Assembly (NCBI GenBank): GCA_041491005.1
Contig: JBGPUE010000010.1
Location: forward strand, 178-64,177
Source of the DNA: Candidatus Binataceae bacterium
GTDB taxonomy: Bacteria > Desulfobacterota > Binatia > Binatales > Binataceae
Direction: 5' to 3'
Length of the DNA stretch: 64,000 bases
Shown here: one piece after another, positions 37,839-44,988 of the stretch
Layout of the letters: every line of letters starts with the position of its first letter
Position numbering within the stretch: position 1 is the first letter of the stretch
The notes under the pieces: model-generated
Seen by the model: only the letters and a program-made list of their open reading frames with translations
Told to the model about the DNA's origin: nothing
Databases searched by the model: none
Program-made: the position numbers and the translations under genes

Positions 37839-38109
37839 TCGCGCATCAAGCCGCCTCACTCTCTCGTTGACGGTCCGCAATGGTAGTCGTCGCGAAGAGC
37901 ACCCTTGTTCCGACGATACGGCGGAGTCGCGTAGATGCGGCGAGGCTGCTTCGTCCCCCGCTTCGATGCCGGGCCTCACGATGTTTGTGTGGAGCGATCC
38001 GGAGCGCGGCTGGCGCCTTTGGAAACACATCAGAGGGGGCTGGCTTACCGTGGTTCACTGTGGCCTACCCGGAAGCTGAGAATTCAGTGCAACGAATCCA
38101 GGAGTTCGA

Positions 38110-38125
38110 TGGCAAGTTTCTTGCG
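38110..38125 (+). promoter_or_regulatory. Candidate sigma-54 promoter upstream of hsp20
   Basis: Sequence 'TGGCAAGTTTCTTGCG', GG-N10-GC with one mismatch in -24 and a perfect -12 TTGC. It ends about 46 nt upstream of the ATG. E. coli ibpB (a small HSP) has a sigma-54 promoter. Confidence 0.4.
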
Positions 38126-38170
38126 ACACAGCATCATCGAACACCAACAATTTGAAAGGAGGAGAGATCA

Positions 38171-38623
38171 ATGGGAGCATTAACCCCATGGAGGCCGTTT
38201 CGCGAAATGGAGCGATGGGCGCGCAATCTGGAGGGCCGCTTTCCGCGAGTCTTTGAGGACTGGCCGTTTCGGGCCGAGGAAGCGGAGTTTCTGCCGCCGA
38301 TTGAGAGCTTCGTCCAGAACGGCAATATCGTCGTGCGCGCCGACGTTCCCGGACTGGAGGCCAAGGACATCGAGGTCAGCGTTTTGGGCAACGTGCTGAC
38401 GATCAAAGGCGAGCGCAGGGATCAGAAGGAAGTCAAGGCCGAGGATTACATCCGGCGCGAGATCTCCTACGGCTCCTTCGAGCGCAGGCTTACGCTGCCC
38501 GATGGCGCCGATGCCGACAAGGTCAAGGCGCAGTTCAAAAACGGGACGGTCGAGATCACGATGCCGATGGCCAAGGGCGCCAGCCCCAAGAAAGTGCTGG
38601 TGGAGAGCGCAGAGAAGAAGTAG
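38171..38623 (+). CDS. Hsp20/alpha-crystallin family small heat-shock protein
   Basis: Sequence 'NIVVRADVPGLEAKDIEVSVLGNVLTIKGERR...GSFERRLTLPDGADADKVKAQFKNGTVEITMP'. Confidence 0.9.
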   Translation: MGALTPWRPFREMERWARNLEGRFPRVFEDWPFRAEEAEFLPPIESFVQNGNIVVRADVPGLEAKDIEVSVLGNVLTIKGERRDQKEVKAEDYIRREISYGSFERRLTLPDGADADKVKAQFKNGTVEITMPMAKGASPKKVLVESAEKK

Positions 38624-38734
38624 TCAATCGGTCACAGGGGCAGGCGGCTACCACGCATCGCAGTTGTGCCTGCCTCCCCCGCGGCACTGGATTGTCGCAG
38701 CTCACGCGGCCTGACGCGAAAGGAGGAGATTCAG

Positions 38735-39337
38735 ATGCCAGCCGGGTCGACGATCTTGAATACCAATCACGAGCGGGTCGAGAAGCTCCGAACAGTGCTA
38801 GTCAGCCAACGCGACCATGCGTGGGCAAGGGTGCGGGAGTTCCGTCACGACCAGGAAGGCGACGCGATTCCGCCGCCGGCGGATGAGATGGACCTGGCGC
38901 GTTCGACCGCCGACCTCGAGACTCATGCGAGCCTGATCGAACAAGCGGAAGACCGGCTCGCACAAATCGACGACGCGCTGGCGCGGCTCAACGAAGGCCG
39001 CTATGGGATCTGCGCAAAATGCGTCGAGGAGATCGCGGTCGAGCGTCTCAACACGCTGCCCTTCGTGCTGTACTGCGTCGATTGCCAGCGCGAACTCAAC
39101 CGTGCGCGCCGCCGCGGCGAGGGCAGCCTGTCGCGCAGTTTCGGCCGCCGCTGGGAGACGCCGCTGGAGATGGATGAATCGCTGGAGAGGACCGACGCGA
39201 TGAGCCAGCCCGAGGAAGAAACCACCATACGCGAAGGCCGGCCTTTCGGCCGCGAAGAGGGCACTCCAGACCACGGCCGGATGCCGCGTACGGGCAGGGG
39301 CTTGGTTCGGCGCGGACGGCCCAAGCGCAGTGCGTAG
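38735..39337 (+). CDS. DksA/TraR-family C4 zinc-finger protein with long basic C-terminal tail
   Basis: SD 'AAAGGAGGAG' lies before the ATG at 38735. Coiled coil then 'GRYGICAKCVEEIAVERLNTLPFVLYCVDCQ'. Confidence 0.7.
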   Translation: MPAGSTILNTNHERVEKLRTVLVSQRDHAWARVREFRHDQEGDAIPPPADEMDLARSTADLETHASLIEQAEDRLAQIDDALARLNEGRYGICAKCVEEIAVERLNTLPFVLYCVDCQRELNRARRRGEGSLSRSFGRRWETPLEMDESLERTDAMSQPEEETTIREGRPFGREEGTPDHGRMPRTGRGLVRRGRPKRSA

Positions 39338-39355
39338 TCGCGCAGGGGATACCGG

Positions 39356-39802
39356 ATGAGCAAACTATTCAACCGGATTCTCTGCCCGATCGCGTTCGAG
39401 CACGAGTCGTTGAGCGCCCTCGATCTGGCCATAGCGATCGCGCAGCAGAACGACGCGACCCTCGTGCTGCTCAACGTCGCGCCGCTCCCAATCGGAGCCG
39501 GCGAATTCGCGCCGACGCTCGATCCGTATCCCGCGATCGAGCAAGTGGCGCGCGAACGGCTTGAGCGACTGGCCCACGATCGGCTTGAAGGCAAGGTCGC
39601 ATACAACACCCATGTCGTCGCGGGCGATCCGGCGACGCAGATCCTCCGTGCGATCGAGGCCTTCGCCGCCGATCTGGTCGTGATGGGGACGCATGGGCGC
39701 AAGGGCGTCAAACATCTGCTGTTGGGGAGCGTCGCGGAGAAGGTCGTGCGCGAGTCACCGCGGCCTGTGCTGACCGTGCGTCCCGCAGAGGAAGCGCGCT
39801 GA
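39356..39802 (+). CDS. Universal stress protein (UspA family), paralogue of 37173-37583
   Basis: Sequence 'LVVMGTHGRKGVKHLLLGSVAEKVVRESPRPVLTVRP'. Confidence 0.8.
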   Translation: MSKLFNRILCPIAFEHESLSALDLAIAIAQQNDATLVLLNVAPLPIGAGEFAPTLDPYPAIEQVARERLERLAHDRLEGKVAYNTHVVAGDPATQILRAIEAFAADLVVMGTHGRKGVKHLLLGSVAEKVVRESPRPVLTVRPAEEAR

Positions 39803-39828
39803 CGGCTTGATACGCGGGAGGCAGACAC

Positions 39829-40479
39829 TTGCAGATAACTACCGACTCAGTTGAACTTGAGGGCGACCTCGAGATGCCGGCGGGCGTTGCGCGGGGAATC
39901 GTGATCTTCGCGCATGGGAGCGGAAGCAGCAGGCTCAGCCCGCGTAACATGTACGTGGCTGCCCGTTTGCGTGCGGCCGGAGTCGCCACATTGCTTTTCG
40001 ACCTGCTCACCGAGGCCGAGGCGCTGGATCGCCAAAACGTCTTCGATATGGAGCTGCTCGCCCGCCGCTTGCGGGCCGCTACCGCATCGGTGCGCCGCCA
40101 TCGGCTCGCCGGGATACTACCGGTCGGCTATTTCGGCGCCAGTACCGGCGCTGCTGCTGCACTAATCGCCGCAACGCGCGATCCAGCGATCACCGCGATC
40201 GTGTCGCGCGGTGGGCGACCCGACCTCGCGGGAGATGCGCTCGCTCAGGTGAAGGCGCCGACGCTGCTCATCGTCGGCGGCGAAGACCGCGAAGTGCTGG
40301 AGTTGAATCGGCGCGCGCTCAGGCGCCTGAGCTGCGAGAAAGAACTCCGGGTAGTTCCGGGTGCGACGCATCTGTTCGAGGAGCCGGGAACGCTCGACGA
40401 GGTAGTGAAGCTCGCCAGCGATTGGTTCGTGCGCCATCTGCACGCTCACCCGGGCGAAAAGGAGACCCATGTTCACTAA
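39829..40479 (+). CDS. Dienelactone hydrolase-family alpha/beta hydrolase
   Basis: Sequence 'GIVIFAHGSGSSRLSPRNMYVAARLRAAGVATLLFDLLT...TLLIVGGEDREV'. Confidence 0.75.
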   Translation: MQITTDSVELEGDLEMPAGVARGIVIFAHGSGSSRLSPRNMYVAARLRAAGVATLLFDLLTEAEALDRQNVFDMELLARRLRAATASVRRHRLAGILPVGYFGASTGAAAALIAATRDPAITAIVSRGGRPDLAGDALAQVKAPTLLIVGGEDREVLELNRRALRRLSCEKELRVVPGATHLFEEPGTLDEVVKLASDWFVRHLHAHPGEKETHVH

Positions 40480-41173
40480 TCGCCAGGATGCGGGACGCCG
40501 GCTCGCCAAGGCTCTCGCCCGCTACAAGGATGACCATCCCGTCGTGCTGGCACTGCCGCGCGGTGGAGTTCCGGTCGGTTTCGAGGTAGCCAAGGCGCTG
40601 AGCGCGCCGCTGGACATTATCGTCGTGCGCAAGCTGGGCGCTCCCGGACAACACGAGCTGGGGATCGGCGCGGTCGTCGACGGCGACCATCCGCAGACCG
40701 TGCTCAATGAGGAACTGCTGCGAAGGATCGATGTGCCCAAGAGTTACCTCGAAGCAGAGATCCTGCGCGAGCTTGAGGAGATCCACCGCCGCCAGCAGAC
40801 CTACCGCAAGGGGCATCCACCGGTCGATCCAGCCGGGCGGATTGTAATCGTCGTCGATGATGGGATCGCGACTGGCGCCTCGATACGCGCGGCGTTGCGC
40901 GGTCTGCGAAAGCTCGCTCCCCGCCGTCTGGTGCTCGCCGTGCCGGTCGCACCCGCCGAGACGATCGAGTCGCTCAGAGCCGAGGTCGACGAGGTGGTTT
41001 GTCTTGCGACCCCGCCCGATTTCTTCGCTATCGGACAGTACTATGACGATTTCAGGCAGACTTCTGACGCGCAGGTAGTCGAGCTGCTCGACAAGGCGCG
41101 CAATCGTGTGCTGGCGCCCTCGCCGCCAGCGGCACGCTCTCCATCAGAAGAGAGCAAAGCGCCCTCCTGCTAG
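40469..41173 (+). CDS. Phosphoribosyltransferase-domain protein (overlaps the DLH gene by 11 nt)
   Basis: Sequence 'MFTNRQDAGRRLAKAL...VLALPRGGVPVGFEVA...IVIVVDDGIATGASIRAA'. Confidence 0.8.
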   Translation: MFTNRQDAGRRLAKALARYKDDHPVVLALPRGGVPVGFEVAKALSAPLDIIVVRKLGAPGQHELGIGAVVDGDHPQTVLNEELLRRIDVPKSYLEAEILRELEEIHRRQQTYRKGHPPVDPAGRIVIVVDDGIATGASIRAALRGLRKLAPRRLVLAVPVAPAETIESLRAEVDEVVCLATPPDFFAIGQYYDDFRQTSDAQVVELLDKARNRVLAPSPPAARSPSEESKAPSC

Positions 41174-41235
41174 TCGAGTTGCGTATCGTCATTATTGTAG
41201 TTTCAGGCCGTCGCTCTATCTGTGATCCTTAGCTT

Positions 41236-42183
41236 GTGCGCTGGGAATCGCGGGCAAAGGCAGCCCTGGCACTAGCCCGATGGACTGGCGGGCTGGTCTT
41301 GTGCGTTCTGTTACTCGTCGCCGAAGCCGCCGCTGACGAACTACCGCCGCTTGGCACGGCGCTGGTTGGGGGCGAGTTCTCCTACGTCGTGCGGCGTAGC
41401 GACTCGCTGCGAAGCATCGGCTCGCGCTATGGCGTGGAGCCCACGGCGCTGGCGGCGGTCAACGGGTTTGCCGCCTCGGCGCGCCTGCGCGTCGGACGGA
41501 CGCTTCGGATCGACAACCGCCACGTCGTGCCGCGCGCAGTCGCACGCGGAATATTGATCAACATTCCTCAGCGCTACCTGTTCCTGTTCCGCGGCGGCAA
41601 AGCGGATGTTGCCTGCCCGGTGGGGCTCGGCAGGCCATCGTGGCGCACTGTCACCGGGAAGTTTACCGTCATCGGCAAACGGACCGATCCGGTATGGACC
41701 GTGCCGGAATCGATACAACGCGAGATGAAGCGCGAGGGCAAAGAAGTCCGCAGCTGCGTGCCGCCGGGCCCCGGCAACCCGTTGGGCAGTTACGCCCTCG
41801 ACTTGAGCATCGCCAGCTACCTGATTCACGGTACGATCGCGCCGTCGAGCATCTACGCATTCCAGACCCACGGATGTATCAGGCTCCATCCCGACGACAT
41901 CGCGGCGCTGTTTGGCCGCGTTGAAGTCGGCGAGCCGGGCGAGATCATTTACCAGCCCGTGTTGCTCGCGCGCCTGGACAACGGGCGCATTTTTCTGGAG
42001 GTCAACCGCGATATCTACCGCAAGGCGGGCGACGCGATGTTGCTGGTAAGGGCGTGGGCGGAGACCTCCGGTCTTGACGGCGAAATTGATTGGCGGCAGG
42101 CAACGGCTGTCATCGAACGAAGGGAGGGAGTGGCGCGCGAGGTCGATCGAGCGGGCGGGCGGCTGTCTTTGTGGCGACATTGA
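41236..42183 (+). CDS. LysM-domain L,D-transpeptidase (YkuD/ErfK catalytic domain)
   Basis: LysM 'YVVRRSDSLRSIGSRYGVEPTALAAVNG'. Catalytic 'YLIHGTIAPSSIYAFQTHGCIRLHPDDI'. Signal peptide present. Confidence 0.8.
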   Translation: MRWESRAKAALALARWTGGLVLCVLLLVAEAAADELPPLGTALVGGEFSYVVRRSDSLRSIGSRYGVEPTALAAVNGFAASARLRVGRTLRIDNRHVVPRAVARGILINIPQRYLFLFRGGKADVACPVGLGRPSWRTVTGKFTVIGKRTDPVWTVPESIQREMKREGKEVRSCVPPGPGNPLGSYALDLSIASYLIHGTIAPSSIYAFQTHGCIRLHPDDIAALFGRVEVGEPGEIIYQPVLLARLDNGRIFLEVNRDIYRKAGDAMLLVRAWAETSGLDGEIDWRQATAVIERREGVAREVDRAGGRLSLWRH

Positions 42184-42307
42184 TTGGCAACCCGTGGCGG
42201 CTATCATGGATCGCATCGATGAGGTTCTTACGGGTCGGTCGATGAATCGCAAGAACAGGCCTCCATCCGAGCAGCGGGCCGCGGCTGAACTGAATGAGCC
42301 GCGCGTC

Positions 42308-42850
42308 ATGCTGACCCGCCGCGGTTTCATGCGGGTCGCCACCGTAGCGGCCGCAACCGCGTTGATCCCGCATCGGGCGCTGGCCGGGCTGCGGCTGCCG
42401 GTCGCCCCGGCACGCTCTCTCGCGCTGCACAATCTCCATACCGGTGAATCGTTCCGTGCGGTCTACTGGACGGCGGGTGGCTACATCCGCGAAGCCGTGG
42501 AGAATATCAACTTCATTCTACGCGACTTTCGCACCGGCGAGATCAAGCCGATTAACCCGGGTTTGCTCGACCTGATGCACGCGATCGCGGGCCGCCTCGA
42601 TACCCGCGAACCCTTCCTCATCATCTCGGGCTACCGCTCGGCCGCGACCAATGCGATGCTGCGCGCGCACGGCGAAGGTGTGTCGCCGCGAAGCCTCCAT
42701 ATGAAGGGGATGGCCGCCGACATCCGCTTGCCGGGCCGGGAGCTCTCGGCGCTGCACAATGCGGCGCTCGCGCTGCACCGGGGCGGCGTCGGCTTCTATC
42801 CAAAGTCGGACTTCGTACATATCGACGTCGGCCGAGTGCGCTGGTGGTAG
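42308..42850 (+). CDS. DUF882 / peptidase M15A family protein with Tat signal (MepK/YcbK-like murein endopeptidase); start uncertain (42242 or 42308)
   Basis: Tat motif 'MLTRRGFMRVATVAAATALIP'. Body '...PFLIISGYRSAATNAMLRAHGEGVSPRSLHMKGMAADIRLPG...'. The ORF-track start at 42074 overlaps the ldt gene and was rejected. Confidence 0.65.
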   Translation: MLTRRGFMRVATVAAATALIPHRALAGLRLPVAPARSLALHNLHTGESFRAVYWTAGGYIREAVENINFILRDFRTGEIKPINPGLLDLMHAIAGRLDTREPFLIISGYRSAATNAMLRAHGEGVSPRSLHMKGMAADIRLPGRELSALHNAALALHRGGVGFYPKSDFVHIDVGRVRWW

Positions 42851-42886
42851 GCCGGCCGGGTTCCGATCGCGTTCCTGGTTGCTCGC

Positions 42887-43384
42887 ATGTCGGCGGCGGC
42901 GAAAACATTCATGAAGCCTGACCGCAACTGGGATCGTACGGCGATTCTTGCGATTGCCTCGCGGCAAAGCGCAAAGCCGGGCGCGCTGATGCTGGTCCTG
43001 CGGGAGATTCAGGACCGCTTCGGTTTCATCCCTCCTGACTGCGTGCCGACAATCGCCCAGGCGCTCAACCTGTCGCGAGCAGAAGTCCACGGCGTCATCA
43101 GCTTCTACCATGACTTCCGCGCCAAGCCCGCAGGCAGACACCTCTTGCGCGTCTGCCGCGCGGAATCGTGCCAGGCGATGGGCGCAGTCGAGCTGCTCTC
43201 TCACATCAAGAAGCGCACGGGAATCGGCCTCGGCGAGACGAGCGAAGATGGCACGTTTACGCTCGAGCCCGTCTATTGTCTTGGCAACTGTGCCTGCTCG
43301 CCGGCAATCGTGATCGATGGCGAGCTTCATGGCCGCGTTACAGCCGACGCCTTCGATCATTTGATCGCGGGTCTCAGGGAATAG
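42887..43384 (+). CDS. fdsG: NAD-dependent formate dehydrogenase gamma subunit (NuoE-like 2Fe-2S)
   Basis: Sequence 'CRAESCQAMGAVELLSHI...VYCLGNCACSPAIVIDG' (thioredoxin-like 2Fe-2S cysteines). Confidence 0.8.
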   Translation: MSAAAKTFMKPDRNWDRTAILAIASRQSAKPGALMLVLREIQDRFGFIPPDCVPTIAQALNLSRAEVHGVISFYHDFRAKPAGRHLLRVCRAESCQAMGAVELLSHIKKRTGIGLGETSEDGTFTLEPVYCLGNCACSPAIVIDGELHGRVTADAFDHLIAGLRE

Positions 43385-43386
43385 CA

Positions 43387-44988
43387 GTGGCGCTGTCCGT
43401 CTATGTCCCTTGTGATTCGGGCGCCCGCTCTTTGGGGGCGGACACGGTTGCACGCACTATCCGCGAGGAGGCATCACGCCGTGGCGTTGCGCTCGAAGTC
43501 GTGCGCACGGGCTCGCGCGGACTTTATTTTGCCGAACCCCTGGTCGAGGTCGCGACCGCGGCTGGCTGCGTCGCGTATGGGCCGGTATCGGCCGCTGACG
43601 TTGCATCGCTATTCGAAAGTGATTTCCTCGCGGGCGGCGAGCATCGTCTCCGGCTCGGCCTAGCCGACGATATCCCTTATCTCAGATCCCAACAGCGGCT
43701 CACGTTCGCACGCGCCGGAATTGTCGATCCGGCCTCTCTCGATGATTACTTGGCGCATGGCGGTTACAGCGCGCTCCGAATGGCTCTGGAAAGGACGCAG
43801 TCCGCCGTTATCGATGAGATTGCAGCGTCGGGGTTGAGGGGCCGCGGCGGCGCCGGATTCCCCACCGGCATCAAATGGCGAACCGTTCTCGAGACCGCTG
43901 CGGATACGAAATACGTTGTATGCAACGGCGACGAGGGCGACTCGGGCACTTTTTCGGATCGCATGATCATGGAGGGCGATCCGTTTGCGCTACTCGAAGG
44001 CATGACGATCGCGGCATTCGCCGTCGGCGCGACGCAGGGCTTCATCTATGTCCGCTCCGAATACCCGGATTCATATCGCCAGCTTGGCCAGACACTACAG
44101 ACCGCTCGCAAACACGGCTGCTTGGGCGACAAGATCCTTGGTTCGAGCCTGCGCTTCGACGTCGAACTCAGGCTCGGCGCCGGCGCTTACATCTGCGGCG
44201 AGGAGACCGCGATGCTCGAAAGCATTGAAGGCAAGCGCGGGATGGTGCGCGCAAAGCCGCCGGTGCCGGCAATCAGCGGGCTCTTCGCCAAGCCGACGGT
44301 GGTCAACAATGTCATCACGTTTGCGTCTGTCCCGGTTATCATTGCGAATGGAGCGCAGTCTTATCACCAGCGCGGCACGGGCCGCTCGCGGGGGACCTTG
44401 CCCTTTCAGCTCGCCGGCAACGTCAAGCGCCCGGGGTTGGTTGAACTGCCGTTCGGCGTCACCATCCGCGAACTCGTCTTCGACTACGGGGGTGGCACCG
44501 CAAGCGGCCGTCCAGTTGGAGCCGTGCAAGTCGGTGGCCCACTGGGTGCGTACTTCCCGCTCAAGATGTTCGACACGCCGCTGGATTACGAGGCGATGGA
44601 CGCGGCCGGGGGAATCCTCGGCCACGGTGGCATCGTAGTCTTCGACGACTCGGTAGATATGGCGCGAATGGCGCGATACGCGATGGAATTTTGTGCGCTG
44701 GAGTCATGCGGGAAGTGCACGCCATGCCGGATCGGCTCGGTGCGCGGGACGGAGGTGATCGATCGCATCGTGAACCGCCACAATCCGCGCGCGAACCTCG
44801 AGTTGCTGCGCGACCTCTGCGATACGATGATGCACGGCTCGCTGTGCGGTCTGGGCGGCCTCACTCCGCTTCCAGTGATGAGCGCGCTCAGATACTTTCC
44901 TGAGGACTTCGGCCTCGAGCCCGCTAACATCGAGGAAGTCTGGCCGAACCCCACACGACAGGCGGACGACGATGCTGTCAAAGGCTGA
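43387..44988 (+). CDS. fdsB: NAD-dependent formate dehydrogenase beta subunit (NuoF-like; NAD/FMN/4Fe-4S)
   Basis: GTG start 2 nt after the fdsG stop. Motifs 'GLRGRGGAGFPTGIKW', 'VVCNGDEGDSGTF' and 'CGKCTPCR'. The ORF-track extension to 43168 overlaps fdsG out of frame. Confidence 0.85.
   Translation: MALSVYVPCDSGARSLGADTVARTIREEASRRGVALEVVRTGSRGLYFAEPLVEVATAAGCVAYGPVSAADVASLFESDFLAGGEHRLRLGLADDIPYLRSQQRLTFARAGIVDPASLDDYLAHGGYSALRMALERTQSAVIDEIAASGLRGRGGAGFPTGIKWRTVLETAADTKYVVCNGDEGDSGTFSDRMIMEGDPFALLEGMTIAAFAVGATQGFIYVRSEYPDSYRQLGQTLQTARKHGCLGDKILGSSLRFDVELRLGAGAYICGEETAMLESIEGKRGMVRAKPPVPAISGLFAKPTVVNNVITFASVPVIIANGAQSYHQRGTGRSRGTLPFQLAGNVKRPGLVELPFGVTIRELVFDYGGGTASGRPVGAVQVGGPLGAYFPLKMFDTPLDYEAMDAAGGILGHGGIVVFDDSVDMARMARYAMEFCALESCGKCTPCRIGSVRGTEVIDRIVNRHNPRANLELLRDLCDTMMHGSLCGLGGLTPLPVMSALRYFPEDFGLEPANIEEVWPNPTRQADDDAVKG

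Noticed and set aside
38624-38734. Possible sigma-54 motif 'GGCAC-TGGAT-TGTCG' upstream of the DksA-like gene
   Set aside because: The -12 element reads TGTC instead of TTGC and the GG/GC spacing is off. It is weaker than the four reported motifs.
42074-42307. Upstream start for the DUF882 peptidase overlapping the L,D-transpeptidase gene by about 110 nt
   Set aside because: A Tat signal 'MLTRRGFMRV' begins at 42308, and 42242 is also possible. The upstream in-frame sequence has no features and overlaps the ldt coding region.
43168-43386. ORF-track N-terminal extension of fdsB back to 43168
   Set aside because: It overlaps fdsG in a different frame. Conserved FdsB sequence begins at 'ALSVYVPCD', immediately after a GTG placed 2 nt past the fdsG stop.
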